This document shows, piece by piece, positions 1 through 9,532 of a stretch of 64,000 bases of DNA. The position numbers were made by a program, and so were the translations under genes. The stretch is from contig CAZLZO010000005.1 in assembly GCA_964564025.1 (NCBI GenBank), positions 712 through 64,711 on the forward strand, in the 5' to 3' direction. A model generated the notes under the pieces. It was given only the letters and a program-made list of their open reading frames with translations. It was not told the origin of the DNA and did no database searches. The DNA comes from an uncultured Desulfurococcales archaeon. GTDB lineage: Archaea > Thermoproteota > Thermoprotei_A > EX4484-217-1. Each line of letters begins with the position of its first letter. Positions within the stretch are counted from its first letter, which is position 1.

Positions 1-622
1 TAAATTTCACTCTAATAACTCTTCGTAAGAAAGCATCGCTAAGTTCATTTTGCGCTATATCTTCGGGGTTGCTTGTAAATATTATTTGAAAACCGTCTCC
101 TTTTGCCTTAAATATCTTTTTTAATTCTGGAACAATTATTCTACGCTTATCTACGATGTCTAAGAGCATGTTTTGAAATTCTTCACTGCTTCTTCTAATT
201 TCGTCAACTAAAACCCCAGCGTCAAGAATTAAGGCTGCAAGAAGGGGTCTTGGAATAAAGCTTTCCTCCGTAAAACCCATTTTCATTGCCATTAATGGGT
301 GGAAGTCCCCTATAACTCTATACTCATCATAGTTTTCGCTGCAGGGAAGTATGAACGCGTTTTTTCCTGACCACAGAGTCAATATAGCGTAACCTACTTC
401 AGTCTTACCCGTACCCGGTGGTCCTTCGTAAAGAACAGGTCTACTACTTAAGAAAGCTGATATTGTTATTGCAACTATTCTCTCCGGAACTATAAGCTTA
501 AATTTTTCACGTAGATATTTAGTCATTAATTTAACTGACCTAATGGGTGATGTTTTCTCTACTATAGGGTAGTATGTTTCATACACCTTCTTCTCTATTA
601 CATCTATTACTTGCTGATCCAT
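1..622 (-). CDS. AAA+ ATPase (MoxR/AAA_5-like), partial. The N-terminus is in the window and the C-terminus runs off the window start.
   Basis: The reverse-strand translation starts MDQQVIDVIEKK... at 622. It has Walker A GPPGTGKT and Walker B VLVDEI. It is not in the ORF track because it has no stop inside the window. TATA-like boxes lie 25-60 nt upstream. Confidence 0.6.
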   Translation of the reverse strand, partial: MDQQVIDVIEKKVYETYYPIVEKTSPIRSVKLMTKYLREKFKLIVPERIVAITISAFLSSRPVLYEGPPGTGKTEVGYAILTLWSGKNAFILPCSENYDEYRVIGDFHPLMAMKMGFTEESFIPRPLLAALILDAGVLVDEIRRSSEEFQNMLLDIVDKRRIIVPELKKIFKAKGDGFQIIFTSNPEDIAQNELSDAFLRRVIRVKF

Positions 623-714
623 CGCTTATCTTTCCCTTCCCAATATAAATTACTGTAGAATATTCTTTACCACAATCTATTTAATAAAGGTTAATGAAGA
701 TAAATACCAGAAAT

Positions 715-876
715 TTATAGCATACTTTCAAGTCTGTCCATTGCTTCTTCAAGTAGTTCAATTATTTTCTCAATATTGTCAGCTAATTTCTCATTTTCCT
801 CCTGTAGTTCTCTAAGAACATCTACGGCATACTCTATGTTTTCTATGGCCTCTCTTATTCTATCTTCAGTAATCAT
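715..876 (-). CDS. Small coiled-coil hypothetical protein (53 aa)
   Basis: ORF MITEDRIREAIENIEYAVDVLRELQEENEKLADNIEKIIELLEEAMDRLESML. An AGGTGG Shine-Dalgarno lies 6 nt upstream. It sits between the atp-operon tail gene and the AAA ATPase and is below the ORF-track size cutoff. Confidence 0.25.
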   Translation of the reverse strand: MITEDRIREAIENIEYAVDVLRELQEENEKLADNIEKIIELLEEAMDRLESML

Positions 877-898
877 AGGTAACCACCTAATGTGCTGT

Positions 899-1336
899 TT
901 AATCTCTACTTATAATGCTTTTCAGTGAAAAAGCTATTTGCGTTGTTGTTCTTAACTTCCTTCTAAGAGCCGAAATTTGAGGTCTATAAATAATAACCTC
1001 CTTTCTTCCCTGATAGTTTAGCCCAAGTATTTTAGAAACAACTTCTACCTCTACTTCCCCTCTAACTATAGCTGCTCCTTCACCATAGTCTGGGTTTAAC
1101 TCTATAGTTATGGGTAATTTTAGTTTATCCCATTTATCTTCGCTTAAAATGCTTTTTAAGAACTCTAATTCACTACGTTTAAACATGTGAATGGAACCGT
1201 CCCGTGTTAGGACATGTGGGTATTTTTCTAAGAGTGCTTCCTTTAGTGCCTTCTTTTTATAGGGTAAATGGGCATTAGCTAACCTTAAAAGCTCCTCCTT
1301 AAGTATTTCCTCGAGCACTCTTTCATTATATCTCAT
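899..1336 (-). CDS. Conserved archaeal hypothetical protein (145 aa). It may be DUF61/UPF0216-like, but that is from memory and unverified.
   Basis: ORF-track protein. Its start codon overlaps the atpD stop in a TAATG arrangement, which suggests translational coupling to the atp operon. Confidence 0.5.
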   Translation of the reverse strand: MRYNERVLEEILKEELLRLANAHLPYKKKALKEALLEKYPHVLTRDGSIHMFKRSELEFLKSILSEDKWDKLKLPITIELNPDYGEGAAIVRGEVEVEVVSKILGLNYQGRKEVIIYRPQISALRRKLRTTTQIAFSLKSIISRD

Positions 1337-1983
1337 TATCCACGCCTTCTTGACAAAATCACTTTTACTCTCTTGAGACGCGCTCTTTCTTCTCGTTCCC
1401 TTTCTTCAAATTTCATAGATAAATACTTTATCGTTGCTTCTATTCTAGGTATTAGTATGTGCTCTAATACATTAACTCTTCTACGCATTTTCCTAATTTC
1501 TATGCCTAGTCTTTCAAGAGTTTTTTCTGTTTCTCCTAGTTCCATGGATAATCTTAGGAGTTCCTCAAATCTCCTAGCAGCTTCGTCAATATAAAGTGAT
1601 GTATCTGCTATAGAATAGCCGCGTTCCGATATTGTTTTCTCGATTTTCTCCGTTTCTATTAGGGGGACTTTAACACCCATTATATTGCTTATCCCAAATA
1701 TCGCTACAATTTTTCTTTCAACAGCTAAAGCTTCCTTTTCCAAACCCTTTCTTCCATGATGGCCATAGGCTAAAGTTAAAGCTGAATATGCTTCCTCAGC
1801 TTTTTCATGCAACTTTTCTCTAAGTTTTGTTGCTTTCCTAGATATATCTAAGAACTCAGCTACTAAAATTGTGAGTCTTTCCCTAAGTATTCTATGAATT
1901 CTTTTAGCTAACACTAATCTCCGCTTAAGCCTTATTAGCTCTATTTTTGTAGGTCTTACCTTCAGCACCTTCGCTGAACTCAT
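1336..1983 (-). CDS. atpD: A/V-type ATP synthase subunit D
   Basis: A 215-aa basic coiled-coil protein in the operon position after atpB. The MSSAKVLKVRPTKIELIRLKRRL N-terminus is typical of subunit D. Confidence 0.85.
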   Translation of the reverse strand: MSSAKVLKVRPTKIELIRLKRRLVLAKRIHRILRERLTILVAEFLDISRKATKLREKLHEKAEEAYSALTLAYGHHGRKGLEKEALAVERKIVAIFGISNIMGVKVPLIETEKIEKTISERGYSIADTSLYIDEAARRFEELLRLSMELGETEKTLERLGIEIRKMRRRVNVLEHILIPRIEATIKYLSMKFEEREREERARLKRVKVILSRRRG

Positions 1984-2023
1984 CAGTTATCCCTCAGTTT
2001 ATTTTCAGAGATTTTAAAAGAAG

Positions 2024-3439
2024 CTATGCTGAAGTCTTTCTCCTATATTTCGGATGATACTTTCTTATGTATTCTTCTCTTACAAGTTTAAGTTCCTCTT
2101 CAGGTATTATTGAAAGTAAATCCCATGCTATGTCAAGTGTTTCTTCAATGGTCCTTCTCTCATACTCTCCTTGCTTAATGAATTTGGCTTCGAACTCGTC
2201 TGCGAATTTAAGATATTTCTTATCTCTTTCGCTAAGTGCTTCCGTACCTATAATAACCGATAGTTCTCTTAGATGCTGACCCTCAGCATATGCTGCATAT
2301 AACTGCATAAATACATCTCTATGATCCTCTCTAGTCTTTCCAGGCCCTATACCTTCCTTCATGAGTCTTGAGAGAGATAAGAAGACATCTATTGGCGGAT
2401 ATACTCCTTTCCTATGTAAACCTCTTGACAAAACTATTTGCCCTTCAGTTATGTATCCTGTTAAATCAGGTATTGGATGAGTTATGTCATCGTCAGGCAT
2501 AGTTAATATAGGCGTTATAGTTATTGAACCTTTCTTACCCCATATTCTTCCGGCTCTCTCATACATTGTTGCTAAATCAGTGTACATGTATCCGGGATAC
2601 CCTCTTCTCCCTGGGACTTCTTCTCTTGCAGCCGATAATTCTCTTAGAGCTTCACAGTAGTTTGTCATATCGGTTAAGATTACTAGGACGTGCATATCAT
2701 GCTTCCAAGCTAAAAACTCTGCCGTTGTTAATGCTACTCTAGGAGCAGCTATTCTTTCTACCGTTGGATCAGAAGCTGTATTTACGAACACTACTGTTCT
2801 TTCCAGAGCACCTGTTTCTTCGAAGTTTCTAATGAAGAATCTTGCATCATCAAATGTTACCCCTATTGCTGCGAAAACTATTGCGAAACTTTCCTCCTTA
2901 CCTTTCACGGTTGCTTGCCTAACTATTTGCGCAGCTATTCTGTTATGAGGTAATCCTGAACCGCTAAATATAGGCAATTTCTGACCTCTAACTAGGGAGT
3001 TTAGTCCATCAATAGCTGATATTCCCGTTTCAATAAACTCTGAGGGAGGCTGTCTTGAAGCAGGGTTTATTGGTGTGCCGTTTATGTCAGCATATTCTTC
3101 AGGAACTATTGGGGGACCTCCGTCTATTGGTCTGCCTAGTCCGTCAAAAGTTCTACCTAGCATGTCAAGTGATAAAGGCATTTTAAATGTTTCTCCTTTA
3201 AACCTAACAATGCTCTTCTTTAAATCTATGTCTCTTACTCCTCCGAAAACCTGGATTACGGTAGCGTCTTTACTTACATCTACTACTTGTCCTAGCTTTA
3301 GCTCTCCTGAAGACGTTTTTACTTCAACTATTTCTCCAAACTTTATCCCTGGAACGCTTTCTACCACTAATAGGGATCCTCTTGCACTGTATAGTGAAGA
3401 TACTTCTTTAACAAAGAGTGAAAAACCTGTTTCCACCAT
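2024..3439 (-). CDS. atpB: A/V-type ATP synthase subunit B
   Basis: A 471-aa protein with characteristic regulatory-subunit motifs ([32 protein letters not shown]). Confidence 0.95.
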   Translation of the reverse strand: MVETGFSLFVKEVSSLYSARGSLLVVESVPGIKFGEIVEVKTSSGELKLGQVVDVSKDATVIQVFGGVRDIDLKKSIVRFKGETFKMPLSLDMLGRTFDGLGRPIDGGPPIVPEEYADINGTPINPASRQPPSEFIETGISAIDGLNSLVRGQKLPIFSGSGLPHNRIAAQIVRQATVKGKEESFAIVFAAIGVTFDDARFFIRNFEETGALERTVVFVNTASDPTVERIAAPRVALTTAEFLAWKHDMHVLVILTDMTNYCEALRELSAAREEVPGRRGYPGYMYTDLATMYERAGRIWGKKGSITITPILTMPDDDITHPIPDLTGYITEGQIVLSRGLHRKGVYPPIDVFLSLSRLMKEGIGPGKTREDHRDVFMQLYAAYAEGQHLRELSVIIGTEALSERDKKYLKFADEFEAKFIKQGEYERRTIEETLDIAWDLLSIIPEEELKLVREEYIRKYHPKYRRKTSA

Positions 3440-3445
3440 AACGTA

Positions 3446-6400
3446 TCACCCCATTTTCTTTCCAACAAGCTCTTTGAATTCTTTATCCATTTCAAGCCAG
3501 AGTTTCTTGATTTCTTCTTCAACTTTATCGTATGGTATTTCTTTCATTCTAGCTATTCTGTATTTCACAGGTAACTTTCTTATTTCGTCAACAGTTATTC
3601 CTATTTCTAAAACGCTCTTTGCTTTCTCGTAGAACCTTATAATGGTCTTCATCATAAGATGGGTTTTTTCGGGTGGAGAGAAGGTGTCTATTTCGTGGAA
3701 AGCGTTTTGCATTAAGAAGTCTTCTCTAATCATTCTAGCTATTTCAAGCGTTAACTTGTCTTTTTCTGGAAGGGCTTCTGGACCCACTAGCCTAACTATT
3801 TCTTCAAGTTCTGCTTCTTCCTGGAGAATTCTCATTGCTGTATCGCGGATTTTTTTCCACTCCGGATCTATTTTCTTCCACCACTTTTCTACGGTTTCAA
3901 CATATAGGCTGTAACTTACGAGCCAATTTATTGCTGGGAAGTGTCTTCTATTAGCTAATGCCACATCTAATGCGAAAAGTGCTTTAACTATTCTTAAAGT
4001 GTTTTGAGTCACTGGCTCGCTAAAGTCTGCTCCAGGCGGACTTACTGCTCCAACAACAGTTACTGAGCCTACTCTTGGAGGCTCTCCTGCAACTTCAACT
4101 CTCCCTGCTCTTTCATAGAATTCTGCTAGTCTTGAACCAAGATACGCTGGGAATCCTTCTTCACCGGGCATTTCCTCAAGCCTACCGGAAATTTCTCTCA
4201 TCGCTTCAGCCCATCTCGATGTGGAATCTGCTACTAGAAGTACATCATAGCCCATGTCTCTGAAGTATTCGCCAATAGTTATTCCTAAGAAAACGCTTGT
4301 TTCTCTAGCTGCTACTGGCATGTTTGAAGTATTAGCTATGAAAATAGCTTTCTCTCTAAGGGGCCTTCCTGTTCTCGGATCTTTCAGTTTAAGGAAGCCA
4401 TAAAGTGCGTCTGCCATTTCATTTCCTCTCTCGCCACAGCCAACGTAGATGTTTAACTGGCTATAGGACCACTTGGTTAGCTGCTGTAGCGTAACTGTAT
4501 TATGGAATATTATTGGTACTTCACCGCCTATGAAATTATGGGTTTCTTCAACCGTCAAATCATAAACTATAGTAGGATAGTTACGAGTTTCAACATTAAC
4601 TACTTTGTCTAAAGCCACGCTTTCCATAGCATTCAACACTTGTTCTATGAAGTTTAATAGTTGCAAATTACCCTTATGTCTAATGGTTATGGCAAGTATT
4701 TTTTCTAAACTTCGTTTGCTAATGTTTTCTCCAAGATATAGCTGGTTACCTATGTAAATACCTCTTTTTTCAAGCTCTCTCTTAGATAGTATCCTATAGA
4801 TTTCTCTGAGAATTCTTGAGGATATGGGGATTGCCTCTCTTGCTAACCTAATTTCTCGTTTACCTTTAATATAATTCTCTAATTTAACAACCTTATCTAT
4901 CTTAGGTGCACTCTTTAATATTAGCTCATAAAACCTTTTAAGTTCTTGAATTCCTGTAACATATATTCTACTTCTTTCACCCATTTTAACTGAGTATAGT
5001 ATTCCGAGTCTGCTTAAAAGATACGTTATTCCTGTAGCTAATTTGGGAGAAACCGTTACGTATTCTATAGTGTTTTTGCTGAAACTTCCGTCTCCAAGAA
5101 ATAGGCCCCTTAAGAATGCTGCTACAATGTTATCTGGTGATTTCAAGATTTCTTTAGGAACTTTGGCATTATGTGATTTCTCCTTTTCAGGAACACCTAG
5201 CTCTCTCATCAGCCTAGCTATTAATGCTGAATGCACTTCAACTCCATATACTGTTCCGAACAATTTTTCTTTAGCATCAATGCCAAAGAGGTTCTTCATA
5301 AGATACTTGAATCTTTCACGTAATATCTTATCGTTGCTGAAGAATCTTATGCTTCTCTTCGTAATTAGGCCACCAGAAATTATTAGTCCCAGCAATTCAG
5401 CTAATTCTTCGGTTACTATGTTCGGCATTTTTATTGTAAGCTTGCCTCTTCTCAGCCCAAGAACTTTTGGATAATCTATTGAGCCATAAAGGTTCTTAAG
5501 AGCAACGATAAGCTTTAACGGTATTGAAGAGCTTCTTTTATAGGCTAAAGTCCTAATAGTTTTCTTAGAAAGACCTGTTTTCTTTAGAAGCTCGTTTAAC
5601 TTTCCCGATTTCATTGTTGCTAGCAGTAGACTCCTTAGTTCCTTATTAAATGCTTCATCCCTGCTTACCACATCATCGTATTTTGCTAATCTCTCTATAG
5701 GTAGCTTTGCCTCCTCTGTTAATATCCTTATTTTCCTTGGAATGGCTAAGAACATTCCAGCTTGAATATTTCTGGCTTCAACCTCTTCGAAGCCTTTTTC
5801 AGGGTTGAAAATCACTAGCTTGTGCTCCGGAGTAACCTTTATTTTTCTTCCGCTTGCAGTCTCTATTTCAACTATTTTGTTAGTGAATCCTCGATAAACA
5901 TGTGTTGCTTTTACAGGCTTTATCTTTTCACCGTCAAAACCTAAAAGTTCTAGAGGCTTATTTAACTTGTATACTTCTTCGGCAAATCTGCTATCTGGTT
6001 TTCCTCCTTTAGCCTCTTCAAATATCTCATCTATTATTTTGATGCTTCCATCAGATAATAAAACAGGTGTACCTGGCATGACACATTTTCCTGTTCCGAA
6101 ACCTCCGGGTATAGCTGCTTTACCTCCCTTAGCTAGCGGGAACATGTAATCAATAACTCTAGTACCTGTTATCATAGGTTCTTCAGGGTCAAGTTTTCTC
6201 CTATATGGCCTAGGTTTTCTAACAGGCCATTTATGATACATTTTTACCTCTATTTTTTCACCATTATGTTCCAGAATTACGACAGGTTCCTCTATTGTGT
6301 AGTCTCCTTCGGAAACAACTTCCTTAACCGTACCCTTAGCATCCGGAGGAATCATAACTTTGTGTTCTATTATTGGTGTTTCCGGAACTATTCCGATTAT

Positions 6401-6799
6401 TTCTCCCCCATAAACCTTAGTTCCGGGTTTTATTGTCGGTTTAAAGTGCCACTTTTTATCTCTAGGTAGTGCGTGAGCTCTAACTCCTCGTTTAACAAAG
6501 GGTCCTACTAGGGTTTCTAAAACACTTAGAGGCCTCTGCAGTCCATCATAAACTACACCAACAATTCCCGGGCCTAGTTCAGCTACTAACGGCTTTCCTG
6601 TACCTACAACTTTCTCTCCTACGGTTAAACCTGATGTATCCTCATATACCTGTATTATTGCCTTATCTCCTTCAAGACCTATTATCTCCCCTATAAGGGC
6701 TTCTTCACCTACTTCAACTACTTCATAAACTAACGAGCCCTTCATACCCTCAGCTATTACTAGGGGTCCTGAGATTCTCCAAATCTTACCTACAACCAT
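3446..6799 (-). CDS. atpA: A/V-type ATP synthase catalytic subunit A, carrying an in-frame intein (precursor 1117 aa, mature ~588 aa)
   Basis: The P-loop GGFGTGK is followed by Cys and intein blocks, and resumes as [11 protein letters not shown]. The ORF-track start at 6832 is a TTG codon. The ATG at 6799 is preceded by AAGGTGA 5 nt upstream, so I take 6799 as the start. Confidence 0.93.
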   Translation of the reverse strand: MVVGKIWRISGPLVIAEGMKGSLVYEVVEVGEEALIGEIIGLEGDKAIIQVYEDTSGLTVGEKVVGTGKPLVAELGPGIVGVVYDGLQRPLSVLETLVGPFVKRGVRAHALPRDKKWHFKPTIKPGTKVYGGEIIGIVPETPIIEHKVMIPPDAKGTVKEVVSEGDYTIEEPVVILEHNGEKIEVKMYHKWPVRKPRPYRRKLDPEEPMITGTRVIDYMFPLAKGGKAAIPGGFGTGKCVMPGTPVLLSDGSIKIIDEIFEEAKGGKPDSRFAEEVYKLNKPLELLGFDGEKIKPVKATHVYRGFTNKIVEIETASGRKIKVTPEHKLVIFNPEKGFEEVEARNIQAGMFLAIPRKIRILTEEAKLPIERLAKYDDVVSRDEAFNKELRSLLLATMKSGKLNELLKKTGLSKKTIRTLAYKRSSSIPLKLIVALKNLYGSIDYPKVLGLRRGKLTIKMPNIVTEELAELLGLIISGGLITKRSIRFFSNDKILRERFKYLMKNLFGIDAKEKLFGTVYGVEVHSALIARLMRELGVPEKEKSHNAKVPKEILKSPDNIVAAFLRGLFLGDGSFSKNTIEYVTVSPKLATGITYLLSRLGILYSVKMGERSRIYVTGIQELKRFYELILKSAPKIDKVVKLENYIKGKREIRLAREAIPISSRILREIYRILSKRELEKRGIYIGNQLYLGENISKRSLEKILAITIRHKGNLQLLNFIEQVLNAMESVALDKVVNVETRNYPTIVYDLTVEETHNFIGGEVPIIFHNTVTLQQLTKWSYSQLNIYVGCGERGNEMADALYGFLKLKDPRTGRPLREKAIFIANTSNMPVAARETSVFLGITIGEYFRDMGYDVLLVADSTSRWAEAMREISGRLEEMPGEEGFPAYLGSRLAEFYERAGRVEVAGEPPRVGSVTVVGAVSPPGADFSEPVTQNTLRIVKALFALDVALANRRHFPAINWLVSYSLYVETVEKWWKKIDPEWKKIRDTAMRILQEEAELEEIVRLVGPEALPEKDKLTLEIARMIREDFLMQNAFHEIDTFSPPEKTHLMMKTIIRFYEKAKSVLEIGITVDEIRKLPVKYRIARMKEIPYDKVEEEIKKLWLEMDKEFKELVGKKMG
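4499..6085 (-). mobile_element. Intein (529 aa) with a LAGLIDADG homing-endonuclease domain, inserted at the atpA P-loop (VMA-a site)
   Basis: It starts with Cys after GTGK and ends ...IIFHN before Thr. There is a TPEHKLV block B and two LAGLIDADG-type motifs ([20 protein letters not shown]). The extein halves rejoin to give a canonical A subunit. Confidence 0.85.
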
Positions 6800-6809
6800 T
6801 TCTATCACC

Positions 6810-7175
6810 TTAAAACTCAACAGCGAAACCAATTATTCTTTTAACATATTGCTTATAATATTCCTTAACATCTGGATGTATGGGTCCCTTAATTCCGGGC
6901 ATCGAAACTATTATAGGGGAAATCTTTCCCCTATGGGCAAGGATGAGGTCTTCAACATATTTTTCAAAGCTATCTTGAAGAATAATAACACCTATCTTAG
7001 GATCTCCTAGTAATTCAGAAACATGTTTTCTAACCATCTTTCTTACTCTATCTTCCGAACCTGAAACTTCAAATACTTTTGATAAACCGGCTAACCTAAA
7101 ACCTAACACTAAGTTTTCATCTCCTACTACTGCTATTTCATACTCTCTTATTTTACCTCTAGTGCTCACTTTCAC
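6810..7175 (-). CDS. atpF: A/V-type ATP synthase subunit F
   Basis: A 121-aa protein with [20 protein letters not shown]. Its start overlaps the atpC stop in an ATGA arrangement. Confidence 0.8.
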   Translation of the reverse strand: MKVSTRGKIREYEIAVVGDENLVLGFRLAGLSKVFEVSGSEDRVRKMVRKHVSELLGDPKIGVIILQDSFEKYVEDLILAHRGKISPIIVSMPGIKGPIHPDVKEYYKQYVKRIIGFAVEF

Positions 7176-8329
7176 GCACTCCCCGGTTTAAAATAGGGTA
7201 AGTATTTTTCGTAAGGTATTTTTTGGAAGAATATTCTAAAGAGTAAGAGTGTAAGTCTAAGTTCCTTTTCTTTAATAAGGAAGTAATGTAATAAAACAGC
7301 TGGTGTATGCATAGCTGTAGAAATGTTTTCCTTTATTTTACTAAGTGAATAATCTAAAATTGTTTTTTCAACAAGCAACGGGTCTTTAGTTGTTTTGTAA
7401 ATATCTACTATTCTCCTCCCAATTTCCGAATACGGTGTATATTCAAGTTTTTCAGAAAGTTTCTCTAATGTTCTAGCATCTAAGAAGCTTTTAACATTAT
7501 CTTTAGTTAAAACGTAGTAAACTTCAGGTATAATTTCCAAAATGCCCTGTGGTTTGCCGGAAGCAACAGCTCTCACTGCTGCATTTACGATGTTGAGGTC
7601 TATTAAAGAACCTATTGCTGGTAGAAGTTGCTCCCTACCTCTAAGTTTTAATGCTATTTTTAAGAGTTTCGAGAAATATTCTTCATCCAACTTTTTCTCT
7701 AAAATCATTCTTGCTTTAAATGATTCATGTTCAGAAGTTATTTTCGCCTGCATTTCTTCTATGATTACTGAGTAATCATAGAGCCCAGCTTGTCTCACAA
7801 CATTTACAACATCGTCTATTGATGTTGCTTCTTCAAGCTTACTTAACATGTTGCTTTCGAAAATTTTACCTAGCGGAACAAAGTTTACTTTATGGAGGGA
7901 TTTTGATGCAAGTCTTCTAATAACCTGTTTAATATTGAATAAGTCGAATTTTTCAATGAAAACATCATATAGTTTTAAACTGTCTTTTGGGAGATAGGTT
8001 TTTATGAACATGTAATCTTTAGACAAATACTCATATACCATATTTTCAACATCATCATATGTTTTTATTAATGCTGCTCTTTCGGAAATATATGCTCCAA
8101 GCTCTGTTGCGCCTATTGCTTCAAGTGCTTCATCTAAGCTCTTCTTTCTAAGTGCTTCGATAATATGCTCTTCAGTTATGCGTTTAGCTTCTTTACCCTT
8201 AAGGAGGGATGCTAAGAAACCGTAGGCACAGTATCTCCTAGTACTTAAGCTTGTGAAGTAAGCTAATATGAATAGGAAAGCTATGGGAGCTAGAAAAACA
8301 GTTAAATAAGTTATTATCTCTTCATTCAT
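7172..8329 (-). CDS. atpC: A/V-type ATP synthase subunit C
   Basis: By operon position and size. The ORF-track start at 8392 overlaps atpE by 59 nt. The Met at 8329 gives a 385-aa product starting 5 nt after the atpE stop. Confidence 0.7.
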   Translation of the reverse strand: MNEEIITYLTVFLAPIAFLFILAYFTSLSTRRYCAYGFLASLLKGKEAKRITEEHIIEALRKKSLDEALEAIGATELGAYISERAALIKTYDDVENMVYEYLSKDYMFIKTYLPKDSLKLYDVFIEKFDLFNIKQVIRRLASKSLHKVNFVPLGKIFESNMLSKLEEATSIDDVVNVVRQAGLYDYSVIIEEMQAKITSEHESFKARMILEKKLDEEYFSKLLKIALKLRGREQLLPAIGSLIDLNIVNAAVRAVASGKPQGILEIIPEVYYVLTKDNVKSFLDARTLEKLSEKLEYTPYSEIGRRIVDIYKTTKDPLLVEKTILDYSLSKIKENISTAMHTPAVLLHYFLIKEKELRLTLLLFRIFFQKIPYEKYLPYFKPGSA

Positions 8330-8333
8330 TGAC

Positions 8334-8933
8334 CTATTCACCGAAGAGTTCTCTTGAAATTTCCGGTAAAAGCCTTGAAAGAGCCATTTCAAGCCTTGTT
8401 TCGTAGCTATTATCTATTCTGAATTTTCCGTCGATAGTTTCTACTATTACTCCGCCACTGATATTAGCTTCCCTAATGTCTTTTACCTTGCTTGTGAGTT
8501 TTAACTCCCTAAGTACTTCTCTAATTTCCTTCAAGTCTCCCTTATTTGCGTAAATGATAATATCTGTTGGTGGAAGAGTTTTCACTGCTTCATGAATAAG
8601 CTTTTTAAGCGATTCTCTATAGTTAAAACCCTTTCTCTTAATCTCTTCTCTAACACGTTCGATTATTACATCAATTATTTTTCTCTTAACTTCTGACTGA
8701 TCTTTTCTCGCTTTGAGCATTGCTTTAACTATTATTGCTCTTGCTTTCCTCTTGGCTTCACTAATTATTCTTGCCTCCTCTCTTTCCTGCTCTTGTTTTC
8801 TCCTGAGCTTTGCTTTATTAATTATTTCTTCTGCTTCCTTACGTGCTTTCTCAAGTATCTCTTCTGCTACAGCCCGTGCTCTGTCGAGTATTGCCTTGCT
8901 TACTCTCTCAAATGTCGTTTCTTCAGCGCTCAA
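8334..8933 (-). CDS. atpE: A/V-type ATP synthase subunit E
   Basis: A 199-aa protein with a charged coiled-coil N-terminus and a globular C-terminus, in operon position. Confidence 0.8.
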   Translation of the reverse strand: MSAEETTFERVSKAILDRARAVAEEILEKARKEAEEIINKAKLRRKQEQEREEARIISEAKRKARAIIVKAMLKARKDQSEVKRKIIDVIIERVREEIKRKGFNYRESLKKLIHEAVKTLPPTDIIIYANKGDLKEIREVLRELKLTSKVKDIREANISGGVIVETIDGKFRIDNSYETRLEMALSRLLPEISRELFGE

Positions 8934-8964
8934 CCTTCATCTCCCTTCTAAAGATTTTATGGTT

Positions 8965-9447
8965 TTATATTACGAGGATTAGAGTTAGTATTGCGAAGAC
9001 CATTCCGAGGATTCCGAAGAGCTCTGCATAAACTGCTAAGATAATTGATGGTCCTATGTTTTGGCCCTTAGTTTTAGGTAGAAACGCTATACCTGAAGAA
9101 CATATTACTCCTTGATATGCTGCTGAAAATCCTTCGGCAAAGGCTACTACGAGCCCTACTCCGAGAACCATTAGTCCCTTCTGTAGTGCTTCATCAGCTG
9201 GTAGTGCTTGTATTCCGGGCAGTATCTGCGTTATTATGTACAATAATATTATTAGTCCATAGAATGTTTGCGTCATAGGCAGTGATGCAAGTAGTAGTAC
9301 GTTTCTAAACTGCTTAGGGTCTTCGGAAATAGCTGCTGCACCTGCCGATCCAGCAACGCCTATCCCTATAGATGATCCGACTAGCCCTCCTGCCAGAGCT
9401 AATGTCCCACCTATTATTGCGAGTGCTGGTGCAATACCTATTTCCAT
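8965..9447 (-). CDS. atpK: A/V-type ATP synthase proteolipid subunit c/K, a duplicated 4-TM form
   Basis: A 160-aa protein with two Gly/Ala-rich hairpins. The GVAGSAGAAAISEDP loop is present. A conserved Glu occurs only in the second hairpin (AVYAELFGIL). The first hairpin has Gln at that position (PMTQTFYGL). Confidence 0.85.
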   Translation of the reverse strand: MEIGIAPALAIIGGTLALAGGLVGSSIGIGVAGSAGAAAISEDPKQFRNVLLLASLPMTQTFYGLIILLYIITQILPGIQALPADEALQKGLMVLGVGLVVAFAEGFSAAYQGVICSSGIAFLPKTKGQNIGPSIILAVYAELFGILGMVFAILTLILVI

Positions 9448-9532
9448 GCTTATTTACCCCTTTTTCCTTTTTCCATTGCATAGGTTTTTAATTTTTACAT
9501 TATAGACTTATAGATTAAGTGACCATGACATA

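Noticed and set aside
3075-3632. Plus-strand ORFs inside or antisense to the atp genes (3075-3632, 3642-3914, 5043-5474, 8713-8982 and others). Antisense ORFs opposite ileS, Leu/Val-RS, adenine deaminase and similar genes were treated the same way.
   Set aside because: They lie entirely within well-supported longer genes on the opposite strand and are low-complexity, Ser/Leu-rich translations. They are typical antisense shadow ORFs.
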